64,000 nucleotides of DNA, taken from assembly GCA_945877035.1 (NCBI GenBank), contig CAMCQH010000005.1, forward strand, positions 124-64,123. Reading direction: 5' to 3'. Numbering within the stretch: the first letter of the stretch is position 1; each line of letters begins with the position of its first letter. Under the pieces are notes generated by a model. The model was not told the DNA's origin and ran no database searches. It was given only the letters and a program-made list of their open reading frames with translations. Shown in pieces: positions 38,307 through 47,506 of this stretch. The stretch is from an uncultured Clostridium sp. (GTDB lineage: Bacteria > Bacillota > Clostridia > TANB77 > CAG-508). A program made the translations under genes and the position numbers.

Positions 38307-38345
38307 TTGCACTCCTCCTAGATTTCTTCCGTTTCTTCTAATTCT

Positions 38346-39266
38346 TCATTTTTTTCTTTTCCGCTCTATCATCAGATTTTTACTATTAATTTTTAATTCA
38401 CTCTTTCCATACCTTAAACTTTCTAATTGATCTACTTTGTATTGATGAGTTCTAAAATTCTCTCCTTCTATTATTGTTTGAGAATAATTTTGTGCTATAT
38501 AAATATCTCCAGTAGAAGAAATATCAAAAATATTTCTTATTATTGCATCTGTTTTAAAAATAGTTCCATTTTTTAATTTAACAGTTATACTTTTCTTATC
38601 TTGTAAAAATTCATTTATTTTTGCAAATTCACTATAAAATGTAGAACCAATGCCACATTTGTATTTTTCATATGATAAAATATGCCTTATTTCATTCTCA
38701 TTATAAAAAGCTAATATAATTTCTCTATCTGTATTTAAAAACTTATCATTAATAAGATCGTATTTTATATTAGTTTCCATTACAGAAATAAGTCCTTTAT
38801 TTATTTCTTTAATTCCTAAATTTAAATATCTTGTTCTATATTCATCATCTCTTAAATTTTTCCCAAATTGATATGCTTCATTAATTATTTGGTATTCTTT
38901 CCATACTGTTATTTCTCCTGTGCTTTGATCTACATTCTCTTTTATGTCATAGTCTAAGGCAAAATCTGCTTTATCCATACTTTGTTCAAATATTTTACTT
39001 ATTTCTTTGTCTATTATTGTTTTGACTTTTCCTTTAATCCTTTTTTCTAAATCTATAATTTCATAATTAGATTGCATTATTTCTTTGACTAAATCACTTG
39101 GATACTCTGTTTCAATTTCATTACTTTTTAAGCAAAAAATTTTATCTTCAATTCCTTTAATAAGTAGCCATTTAGTTTCCATTTCACTTTTATACTTAAC
39201 ATTAAAATTTGCATCTTTTCCTATTAAGATAACCTTATCTAAATCAATTTTTATATTAAAATTCAT
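38346..39266 (-). CDS. Hypothetical protein (306 aa); in-register CGG five codons before the annotated stop
   Basis: No family recognised. CGG at 38361-38363. Skipping its C extends the ORF to 38318 with the tail GKEKNEELEETEEI, which matches the acidic tails of neighbouring genes and ends at the next gene's RBS. Confidence 0.55.
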   Translation of the reverse strand: MNFNIKIDLDKVILIGKDANFNVKYKSEMETKWLLIKGIEDKIFCLKSNEIETEYPSDLVKEIMQSNYEIIDLEKRIKGKVKTIIDKEISKIFEQSMDKADFALDYDIKENVDQSTGEITVWKEYQIINEAYQFGKNLRDDEYRTRYLNLGIKEINKGLISVMETNIKYDLINDKFLNTDREIILAFYNENEIRHILSYEKYKCGIGSTFYSEFAKINEFLQDKKSITVKLKNGTIFKTDAIIRNIFDISSTGDIYIAQNYSQTIIEGENFRTHQYKVDQLESLRYGKSELKINSKNLMIERKRKK

Positions 39267-39937
39267 TCTTCTTCCTCTTCTTCGTATGTTTTTTCTTCAT
39301 ATTCTTTTTTTATATTACCTTTTCCATCTGAATAAAATTTTCCTCTAAACTCTTCACATTCGCCTATAAATTCCCATTCAATTTTTTGGTTTAAATGTTT
39401 AGAAAATAGTTTTTCAATAACTTTTATTGGTTCTGACCATGCTGTTAAAAAAGTTAATTCACCATCTTCTGGTGTTCCTTGTCCTTCTACTGCGTCCCAT
39501 TTAGTTCCCCAATTTTTACAAGACCAATCATACCATGATACACAACCATATTTTGATACATTGTCTAAACATAGATTTCCAAATTGTTCTAATGTTTTTA
39601 TTCCTAACTTTCTTTCTGTTTCAGATGGTATATATCTTTGAGCTGATTTTTCTATTTCTTTAATGTTCTCTATTGTAAATTTACGTTTGTACTTATCCCA
39701 CAAATTCCCATAATAATCATCTTTTGTACTTTCCAACATCATTTTTAGTTTTATAAATTCATCTGGCTCTTTTTTATTCATTGCATAAGCTATCGCATTA
39801 TCTATTGTTGTTGATTCTGTTATGTTTAATGCTTTTGGCATTGGAATTAATTTTTCAAAAGTTATTTTTCCATTATCGAATAAATCATCTAATACTTCTT
39901 TCGGTGCTCTTACTACATTCGTACAATAATTTGGCAT
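39263..39937 (-). CDS. DUF1281 / Api92-like protein, poly-Glu C-terminus
   Basis: Start at M9. MPNYCTNVV... and NWGTKWDA..LTFLTAWSEP match the recalled DUF1281 pattern (MxNWCxN..., WGTKW). Ends YEEEEEE. Confidence 0.55.
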   Translation of the reverse strand: MPNYCTNVVRAPKEVLDDLFDNGKITFEKLIPMPKALNITESTTIDNAIAYAMNKKEPDEFIKLKMMLESTKDDYYGNLWDKYKRKFTIENIKEIEKSAQRYIPSETERKLGIKTLEQFGNLCLDNVSKYGCVSWYDWSCKNWGTKWDAVEGQGTPEDGELTFLTAWSEPIKVIEKLFSKHLNQKIEWEFIGECEEFRGKFYSDGKGNIKKEYEEKTYEEEEEE

Positions 39938-40009
39938 TTTAAACCTTCCTTTCTTGAGCATGAAAAAAAAGCCAGTTTCTATAACTGACTTTTCCTCACA
40001 ATTCTTTAT

Positions 40010-40076
40010 ATTAAAATCTTACATTGTTATTTTATATATGTCAATGAATGTTTTTTGAAATATTTTTGAAAAATTT
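40010..40076 (-). promoter_or_regulatory. Conserved ICE promoter-operator module P3
   Basis: Minus-sense TTTTCAAAAATATTTCAAAAAACATTCA-TTGACA (40039-40044), 17 bp, TAAGAT (40016-40021), then tttaat. Confidence 0.7.
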
Positions 40077-40393
40077 TATAGGTAATTTCTTCTTCCATAA
40101 TACATATGTGAAATATAAACTGTCTTCTTATCTTCATCAATAGTATATAAAATAATATAATTATCTATTACAATTCTTCTAAACTCTCTTTTTCTTCTAT
40201 CTTTTTTCTCGATTTTCATGTATAGCTTTGGTGATTCTGCTAAATCCATTATTATATTTTTCATTTTTCTCATTAAATCTCTAGCTGCTTGTTTTGCTAC
40301 AAGATTTTCTGAAATATATTTATAAATTTCTCTAATTTCATCTCTACAATCTTCAGTAAATTCTATTTCATATATTTCTTTTTTAGAATCCAT
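40076..40393 (-). CDS. RelE/ParE-family type II toxin
   Basis: 105 aa. Typical YEIEFTEDCRDEIREIYKYI...ESPKLY...RRIVIDNYIILYTID layout. Overlaps the antitoxin gene by 11 nt. Confidence 0.75.
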   Translation of the reverse strand: MDSKKEIYEIEFTEDCRDEIREIYKYISENLVAKQAARDLMRKMKNIIMDLAESPKLYMKIEKKDRRKREFRRIVIDNYIILYTIDEDKKTVYISHMYYGRRNYL

Positions 40394-40622
40394 ATATTTC
40401 TTCCAACTCCTTAAAAACCTCAGTAGATTTTACTGTTTTTCCACTTTCAATTTGTTCTTCTGCTTTTAATAATTTTCTTTCAACTTCATCTTCTAATAAT
40501 TTATTTTTATACTCTTCTATACTCATAACAATTACATTATTTTTATTATTTTTTGTTACAACCATTTCTCCATTTTGACTTATTACTGTTTCCAATTCTT
40601 GCAAATTTGTTACTTGTTGCAT
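40383..40622 (-). CDS. Phd/YefM-family antitoxin
   Basis: Start at M9 (AGAGG RBS). TNLQELETVISQNGEMVVTKNNKNNVIVMSIEEYKNKL fits the Phd/YefM N-terminal fold. Confidence 0.7.
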   Translation of the reverse strand: MQQVTNLQELETVISQNGEMVVTKNNKNNVIVMSIEEYKNKLLEDEVERKLLKAEEQIESGKTVKSTEVFKELEEIYGF

Positions 40623-40706
40623 AAAATCACCTCTTTCTCCTAACATCTATATTTATTATAGCACATAACCTTATATTTTTGAATACTTTTTTAAATTTTT
40701 GTTATA

Positions 40707-40949
40707 CTAATAATTAAGTTTTAGTATGTTTATTATTTGTTCTCTTAATGTGCTATTTAATAATACTGTTGCTCCTATTGTTAATAGTATAAACAAAAAT
40801 ATATATAATATTAGTTTAAAAATTTTTCCTATAATTTCAAATATTGTAATTATAAATGACCTTTTTTTTACTATTATTATATTCTCGTTTTCTATTGTTT
40901 GATTTTTCTTTTTTTCCATAGCTATATCAAAAAGTGATTTTTTCTTCAT
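40707..40949 (-). CDS. Small membrane protein (80 aa)
   Basis: One TM (IFKLILYIFLFILLTIGATVLL). Last gene of the T4SS operon. 4-nt overlap with the upstream gene. Confidence 0.5.
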   Translation of the reverse strand: MKKKSLFDIAMEKKKNQTIENENIIIVKKRSFIITIFEIIGKIFKLILYIFLFILLTIGATVLLNSTLREQIINILKLNY

Positions 40950-42106
40950 TTCTTACCTCTTTTTCTTAAAAAATTGAATTTCTTTTTCTTCTCTGTTATA
41001 TCAGTGTTTATTAAATATGGCTTTAATATTGTTTCAAAGAAATATCTGTTTCCCACTTCAAATGGATCAGTAATATACTCTGAAAAGGTTGCTCTTTCTT
41101 TCCAATAATCACCCAGACTAATTCTAAAATTTTCTTTTTCACTTTCCTTTGCAAAATTAAATAATAAATATGTATTTATATCTTCTCCAACTATTTGAAA
41201 ACAATTTATTAAGTTTGGAATTTCCCATGCTTTATTGCCTGTTACTATTATTTTTAAATCTTTAGTTAAAAAAGACATATTTTCTTCTTCTGTTATTTCA
41301 TTTAATGCTCCATAGTCATAAATATAGAAATTATAATTATTAGATAGAATATCTGACATATTTTTAGGTTTTAAAAACAAGTCTATTCCTTTATATTTTA
41401 TTTTGTTTAAATTTTCTGAATAAATTGCTTCTTTGCTTTCTGTTAACAAATTCATAATAGAATTATGATTATTATTTTCAATATAACAAACTCTTATATT
41501 AGTTAATTCACTCAAATATTTTACTAAATTTATTGCTACTGTTGTTGCCCCTATATGTTTTTCTGTTCCAACTATTCCAATACTTACAGTTTGTTTTACT
41601 TTTATAAAGTTTTCTTTTACTAGCTTAGTATTTTGATTTACTGCTATTATTTGACTATCTACTTTATACTTTATTGAATTTCCAAATGTCATTCCTTCTT
41701 CACTTAATACTTTTTCTAATTCTTCTTTGAATTTCAAATCATCTGTTGCTGTTATAATATTATAAATTCCTAAATTAAAAATTTTGCCTAATAGTATATT
41801 TCCGTACTTATATCCTTCTGCCATTATTATAACTCTTAGGTTATACATTTTTCTTATTAATGTTATTTTTGAAATAATTTCATCATCTTCTGTTAAATTC
41901 TCTATTGCTTTTAAATCTATAATTAAGTAATCAACACTATTTAGATTTCTTAATTCTGTTTGCATGAATTTTTCTAAATTATACTCATTTATAAATCTTG
42001 TTACTAATGTTATATTATGATTACTGCAATATTCTTCAATTAATGGTTGTATATTTTTTGATATATAAATATACTTTTTATATTTTCTTTTCTCTTCCAT
42101 AATCAA
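40946..42106 (-). CDS. CpaE/TadZ-like protein: receiver-like N-domain plus MinD/ParA-fold domain with degenerate P-loop
   Basis: 386 aa. N-terminal beta-alpha pattern (..DYLIIDLKA..VIIMAEG..). SIGIVGTEKHIGATTVAINL replaces the deviant Walker A KGGxGK[ST]. Confidence 0.35.
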   Translation of the reverse strand: MIMEEKRKYKKYIYISKNIQPLIEEYCSNHNITLVTRFINEYNLEKFMQTELRNLNSVDYLIIDLKAIENLTEDDEIISKITLIRKMYNLRVIIMAEGYKYGNILLGKIFNLGIYNIITATDDLKFKEELEKVLSEEGMTFGNSIKYKVDSQIIAVNQNTKLVKENFIKVKQTVSIGIVGTEKHIGATTVAINLVKYLSELTNIRVCYIENNNHNSIMNLLTESKEAIYSENLNKIKYKGIDLFLKPKNMSDILSNNYNFYIYDYGALNEITEEENMSFLTKDLKIIVTGNKAWEIPNLINCFQIVGEDINTYLLFNFAKESEKENFRISLGDYWKERATFSEYITDPFEVGNRYFFETILKPYLINTDITEKKKKFNFLRKRGKK

Positions 42107-42117
42107 ATACCTCTAAC

Positions 42118-42426
42118 TTATTCTTTTATTATTACAGTTTCACCATTATTGGTTTTTACTGTTTTTTCATTTGTTCCTTCTGTTTCGTCTTGTATGTATT
42201 CTTCTTCATTTTCTTCTGGTTCTTGTAACAATCCTTTTAAATTTTCTATCATTTTTTCTTCTTCTGTCTTTTCTTGCATAATACTATTTATTTCATTATT
42301 GTTTACTATATTTGTGTCAATGTTTTTACTTTTTCCTGTATTCAAAATAATTGCAAGAACTATTACTAATATTAAAACTAAACTTAATATAATTACTTGT
42401 TTTTTTAATTCATCTTTATTGTTCAT
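42118..42426 (-). CDS. Small membrane protein with acidic ectodomain (102 aa)
   Basis: TM VIILSLVLILVIVLAIIL, followed by an E-rich segment. Confidence 0.5.
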   Translation of the reverse strand: MNNKDELKKQVIILSLVLILVIVLAIILNTGKSKNIDTNIVNNNEINSIMQEKTEEEKMIENLKGLLQEPEENEEEYIQDETEGTNEKTVKTNNGETVIIKE

Positions 42427-42440
42427 TTCAATATAACCTC

Positions 42441-43151
42441 CTAGTTTCCAAATAAATATGTATAAGGATCTACTGCACTCATACTACTATTTTGTCCAAT
42501 TCTAACTTCAAAATGTAAATGTGCTCCTGTACTATTACCTGTACTTCCCATTATTCCCAAAACTTGACCTGCAACAATTTCTGTTCCTTCTGCTACCATT
42601 ATAGAGCCCTCTTTCATATGTCCATATAATGTATAAAATGTTTTATTATCTGCAGATGTATGTTGTATTACCACATAATTTCCATACCCAGTATTTCCTG
42701 CTTTTGCAACTACTACTTTTCCTGATAATACTGAACAAATTTTAGGATTACTTATTGATATTACAACTAAATCTATACCAGTATGAGCTCTTGTTTGTGT
42801 TACTCCATTTACTGTTATAGTTCTACATTTACTAAATTTTGATGTAACAACATCTTTATTAACATCCCAAGTTTCAAAAGGCATTGGAAATGTTGCACCA
42901 ACATATTTTTTTAATTTATCCGATGTTATTACTTCATTTACTATAATTCCAGTTTCATTTGAGCTACTACCACCATTTTTTTGATTTGATTGTTTTTCAT
43001 CTGAAAACATACTTGTAATTGCTACTACTGGCACAATTATAATTAAAAATATACCAACTATTACTCCAATAATTATCATTTTTATTTTAAAAGAGAAAAA
43101 GGAAAAGGCTGTCTTTCCCATCTCTAAAACTTCATTCTTATCTTCTGCCAT
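42441..43151 (-). CDS. Membrane-anchored M23-family peptidoglycan hydrolase (T4SS cell-wall hydrolase)
   Basis: 236 aa. TM, then HTGIDL (HxxxD) and GSTGNSTGAHLHFE (HxH). Immediately follows VirB4. Confidence 0.85.
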   Translation of the reverse strand: MAEDKNEVLEMGKTAFSFFSFKIKMIIIGVIVGIFLIIIVPVVAITSMFSDEKQSNQKNGGSSSNETGIIVNEVITSDKLKKYVGATFPMPFETWDVNKDVVTSKFSKCRTITVNGVTQTRAHTGIDLVVISISNPKICSVLSGKVVVAKAGNTGYGNYVVIQHTSADNKTFYTLYGHMKEGSIMVAEGTEIVAGQVLGIMGSTGNSTGAHLHFEVRIGQNSSMSAVDPYTYLFGN

Positions 43152-44975
43152 TTATTTTCCACCGCCAATCAAATATGGTTTCTCCCATTCCTCAGCTTTT
43201 ACATTTATTAAACTATGTCCCGGTCCAACAAACATAAGTCCACGTCCTCTATCTTTTTGAGAAAGAATCGTTTTTTCTTCTGTGTTTAAATTGTATATTC
43301 TTACTATTTCTTCCAAATCTTGTCCATCTGTTCCAAAAAAGAATTTATATGTTGAATTATCTAGTATTGCTTGTCCATACTGCTTAATTTCATCTGCCAA
43401 AAAATCAAGAATATTTTGCGAAATTGTAATTAATCCACATTCGTATTTTCTGCATCTTTTACTGAAATTTCTCATAAATTCAATTGCTTGTGGTACTTTT
43501 TTATCTATTAGTAAATATGCTTCATCACATACTACATAACATTTTTCTTCTCTATTTCTAAAAGCCCTATCTTCACAATATCTAAGCATATTTAGGTATT
43601 GGCAACTTTTTATATTTGCTGATGCACCTTGCAAAGAGTAAATATCCAGACATATAAAATCGTTATCTTCTTCTACTGTTGTATATCCATTAAATATTTC
43701 TGCATTGTGTCCTATTGCTAAACTTCTTACAATAGATTTAATCATTTCAATTTCATCTCTATGTTTTATATTCTTATCATTTACTTTTGCTTCTAGTATT
43801 TCGTATAAGTCCTTCATAATTGGGAATTTATCTTTTGGTATATTATCTATATTAGTATCATAATCTATATTAAATTTTTTATATAATTCTTCTAATATTT
43901 CCATCAATAAACTCATTTGAAAACTTGTTATTTCTGGAAAATATAAAGAAAAAAATGCAGTTAAAAAATCCATATGTAATGCTAATGCTGATTTTGTACT
44001 ATTATATTCATCATCCTCATCTTCTATATTTTTAGGTAATTTATTTACTTGTAAAGGATTAATTCTTCCAACATTTTTTCCCTTTCCTCCACTACAATCA
44101 ATCCATTTTCCACCAATTTCTTTACACATTGCTTTATATTCTGATTCGGGATCTAAAATGTAAAATTTACAGCCATTCATCCACTCATTAAGCATAATTT
44201 TTTTAGCTAGATATGACTTTCCGCTTCCACTTGCTCCACTTATTGTTATATTTGAATTTGGTCTATCTGGTGATTTAATAAACGTATCTAAAATAATAGC
44301 TCTGCCATCTTCATCTGTTCCAATATAGTAACCTTTTTCATCTATTAGTCCACTACCAGAAAAAGGCAGACCTTTGAACAATGCTGCTAATGACATTTGT
44401 TTATTTGATATATCTGTTATTTTTTCATAACTTACATCATATGGACTTGCTTGTTTTAATGCTAATTCTTGTTGAAATGCTGGCAATCTTGCCTTTAATC
44501 CCATACCTGCAATTTTATTCTTTACAATTCTCATATTTTCTGTAAAATTGTTTTCCGTATTTCCATTTGTTTTTGTTAAAAAAGATAAATTAATATATGG
44601 TATATTATCTATTGTAATTTCCCTAATCATTGTTTCGGCACTAGCAATTTTATATTCTGCTTGTGTTCTCAAAAATTCATTTTGTGTAGTATTGTATGTA
44701 TTTTTATCAGTTGTAATTCCTTTAGAAACTCCTTCAACAAATCCTTGTACATCTTCTATTGGTGTTACTACTAAACTAACAATTGTATTTGGAATATCTT
44801 TTAAACTTAATAACCATCCTGTATTTACTCTTGATGGATATCCTGAAATATATTGAATTTTTGATAAAAATTCGCCCATTTGTACCCTGCTAGATTTAAT
44901 GTCTATTCCTTGTGGTGCAATTAGTGCTAAAAGTTCTTGATTAATTGGCATTGTTTCAATTTCTTTTGTTTTCAT
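43152..44975 (-). CDS. VirB4-type conjugation ATPase (central and C-terminal domains)
   Basis: 607 aa. Walker A GASGSGKSYL, Walker B VVCDEAYLL. GYPSRVNTGWL region typical of Firmicute VirB4/TcpF/Orf16 proteins. Confidence 0.9.
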   Translation of the reverse strand: MKTKEIETMPINQELLALIAPQGIDIKSSRVQMGEFLSKIQYISGYPSRVNTGWLLSLKDIPNTIVSLVVTPIEDVQGFVEGVSKGITTDKNTYNTTQNEFLRTQAEYKIASAETMIREITIDNIPYINLSFLTKTNGNTENNFTENMRIVKNKIAGMGLKARLPAFQQELALKQASPYDVSYEKITDISNKQMSLAALFKGLPFSGSGLIDEKGYYIGTDEDGRAIILDTFIKSPDRPNSNITISGASGSGKSYLAKKIMLNEWMNGCKFYILDPESEYKAMCKEIGGKWIDCSGGKGKNVGRINPLQVNKLPKNIEDEDDEYNSTKSALALHMDFLTAFFSLYFPEITSFQMSLLMEILEELYKKFNIDYDTNIDNIPKDKFPIMKDLYEILEAKVNDKNIKHRDEIEMIKSIVRSLAIGHNAEIFNGYTTVEEDNDFICLDIYSLQGASANIKSCQYLNMLRYCEDRAFRNREEKCYVVCDEAYLLIDKKVPQAIEFMRNFSKRCRKYECGLITISQNILDFLADEIKQYGQAILDNSTYKFFFGTDGQDLEEIVRIYNLNTEEKTILSQKDRGRGLMFVGPGHSLINVKAEEWEKPYLIGGGK

Positions 44976-45052
44976 TTTCTAATACTCTCCTTATTCATAA
45001 TGTCCCCCTTATTTAAGTCTTTTGACATATTAGACTTTTTCATTTGTATTTT

Positions 45053-45664
45053 TCAATCTACTATGAATGGCATTTGCATATATTCTTGATTTTCAATATA
45101 AGCTACATCTGGATTTGTGTAACTATTAACTAATTGAATAATTAGTCTTTCTTCTAATATTTCTGTTCTGTATCCACTATTAGTAAATTTCATTTTTAGA
45201 TCATTTAGTCTTTTAATTAATTCTTGTTCTATATATTCTGTATTTTCTCCCCATATCATTAAGTAAATTTCACTTTCTAATGCTTTACCTCTTACTGATA
45301 GATTACCAAAACTTCTACTTCTTTTTCCTTGTAATGTAAATTTCAAAGCATTCTTTTCTTTATCCATTAACTCTGCTTGATAGTCTTGATTCTTTTGTAA
45401 GTTAACTGGTCTATTAGTAAAATATAATTTAAAAGGTTTTAATTCACTTGCAAAATTTCTTGTAAGAATTTGAGCATGATTTAGTTGTTCTTCCTTGCTC
45501 ATCAGTTTGCAATTTTTAGGATATATTTTTAAATATGCTAGAACTTTATTGTCTAATGTATATAAAAAATTTCCTTGTATATCTTTTATGTTTAAAAATC
45601 TATTAGCTGATATTTTAGGCTTTTTCTTAAAAATTTTATCTATTAACTTATCTAACATGCTCAT
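45053..45664 (-). CDS. VirB4 N-terminal-domain-like protein (separate ORF)
   Basis: 203 aa. LNIKDIQGNFLYTLDNKVLAYLKIYPKNCKLMSKEEQ resembles the N-terminus of single-chain Firmicute VirB4 proteins; 203 + 607 aa is close to their ~800 aa. Separated from 43152-44975 by 77 nt that carry their own AAGGAGAG RBS. Confidence 0.5.
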   Translation of the reverse strand: MSMLDKLIDKIFKKKPKISANRFLNIKDIQGNFLYTLDNKVLAYLKIYPKNCKLMSKEEQLNHAQILTRNFASELKPFKLYFTNRPVNLQKNQDYQAELMDKEKNALKFTLQGKRSRSFGNLSVRGKALESEIYLMIWGENTEYIEQELIKRLNDLKMKFTNSGYRTEILEERLIIQLVNSYTNPDVAYIENQEYMQMPFIVD

Positions 45665-45983
45665 TTATATCATTCTCCTTTAACACATATTCATAAAACT
45701 TTTGTCCTTTTAAATATTTGTATATATTAACAATTAAATCTGCTATACAACTATTATTTTTGTCTTTCATAACCGCTATAAATGTAAAAGATGTTATTAT
45801 TCCAACAAGTATTACACAAATCAAGTAATTTAATGTTATAAAATATATAGGTATTGCAACTAATATACTAATTGCTCCTGCTATTGCTGTTATTATAATT
45901 TCTTTTATTCCAATACCATTAATTAATTCTGTTCGTGTTTTTACATTAGCTGGAATTTGTACTTGATATTTCTCTTCTTCCAT
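45648..45983 (-). CDS. PrgI/TcpE-family conjugation membrane protein
   Basis: Start at M11 (AGGAG RBS). YQVQIPANVKTRTELINGIGIKE followed by two TM helices. Confidence 0.6.
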   Translation of the reverse strand: MEEEKYQVQIPANVKTRTELINGIGIKEIIITAIAGAISILVAIPIYFITLNYLICVILVGIITSFTFIAVMKDKNNSCIADLIVNIYKYLKGQKFYEYVLKENDINEHVR

Positions 45984-45996
45984 TTTTCTTTTTCTC

Positions 45997-46621
45997 CTAA
46001 CTAATCCATTCAAATTGTTTGTATTTTTCTGTTAACCAATTTCCCATTAAATCTTTAAAATCATTATCATCTTTTATTGTTCCTTTAACATTTGCTGACA
46101 TTAAAAAACCTTTTGATTCTCCCTTTAACTTTGTATTTTCCCAAGATAGATAATATATGTCATCTGCCATTGCTCCTCTAGTAATTCCGTTGACAATCAT
46201 CGTATAGTTTATATACTGAACACCATATTTTATATGAATCCCAAAATCCACCAATATTAATTAGCTTCTCTCCTGTATTTACATAGTAATTTCCATCTAC
46301 TCTTATTACACTTCTGCCTTCTACATCCTCATATTTGTCAGTTAATGCTCCATCTGTTAATGAAACTTGAATACTAGAGAAATCTCCTATAGCATCACTA
46401 CTTTGAACATAAGGGAAATAATTTAATACTGTATTTTTTACTGTACTAATACAAATAATTAAAATAAGAGCTATTAATCCATTTTTTATTCTAACTTGAT
46501 ATTTTTTATATTCTGTTTCATCACTTGTCATTATTTTAAATACTGCAACTGTTATCATAGCTACACATGCTATTCCTGCAAGTATTCCTAAAAAATTAGT
46601 AATATAGTAAATTGTTTCCAT
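45997..46621 (-). pseudogene. TrbC/VirB2-like membrane protein with C-terminal domain, interrupted by one in-register CGG (46187-46189)
   Basis: ORFs 46178-46621 and 45997-46254 join if the C of CAA-CGG-AAT is skipped: ...KLYDDCQ-G-ITRGAMADDIYYLSWENTK... (207 aa). The N-terminal FKIMTSDETEYKKY motif is shared with 48183-48545. Confidence 0.6.
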
Positions 46622-46631
46622 CTTGTACCTC

Positions 46632-47477
46632 TTACTTTCCTTTACTTACTCCACTTCTAAACATTGTTACAACTCTACTTACTGTATTTACCTTTCCGCT
46701 TGTGCTTCCTCCACCAGCACTAATCATAAATTCTTGTAGCATTGCTGGTGTTCTTAATGCTATACTTGATGCTGAAAAAGCAAGTATAAAGTGTCCTCCA
46801 TTTAAAAGTAAAATCGAAAATTGAACTAATAATAATTGAATTATTATTGTAAAAGCATTATTTATAAACTTTTGTATATAACCTTTAAATGCTCCTTGAT
46901 TTGCATTTAGTAATCCTATACAAGCAAATGGTATGCCGTAATCTTAAAATTAACATTTCAAATCCTCTTGTCAAGAATTGAAAATATAATAAAGTTAATT
47001 GAATCGCTATTATTAAATATAGAAATGCACCAAAAACATTTAATCCTAAATTCTTATATACTGGTACAACTGGCTCCATACTGCCTGTCATTCCCATTAA
47101 CAAATTGTTATATATGTCGTAAAAAATATTTACAAATTGCGTATATATAAAACCGAAAGCATATCATTACAATCATTGCTTTAATAAAACCTATTAGCAC
47201 ATTTAAAGGATTTTCATCTGGATCACCGATTAGACCAAGTCATATATGTTTCTATCATTTTCTTTACAAAAAACATTATCAAAACAGCAATTGCTACAAT
47301 ATAAATTGCATTGTATAATCCAGAAATACTAAAATTTGTTGCAATATTTCTAAATGATATTTCTATCGCAAATGCTAAATAAAACATTGATGTATATACA
47401 CCAGAGAGCCAATTTAAAATTGCTTGTGATATCCAACCTAATAAATATATAATTATTGTTGCTATTAAAGCTGCCAC
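46632..47477 (-). pseudogene. VirB6/TrbL-like polytopic membrane protein interrupted by three in-register CGG codons
   Basis: Fragments 47223-47477, 46885-47103 and the 46632-46935 frame join when the C is skipped at 47226-47228, 47153-47155 and 46936-46938. Result: ...TWSN-G-DPDENPLNVLIGFIKAMIVMICF-G-FIYTQFVN...EMLILRL-G-IPFACIGLL...AGGGSTSGKVN (280 aa, multi-TM). Confidence 0.65.
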
Positions 47478-47506
47478 TTTTTTTCTCCTTCTACTTCATA
47501 GAAAAT

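Noticed and set aside
40076-40622. The ParE/Phd pair as a novel system.
   Set aside because: It is an ordinary type II toxin-antitoxin addiction module with a canonical size, order and overlap.
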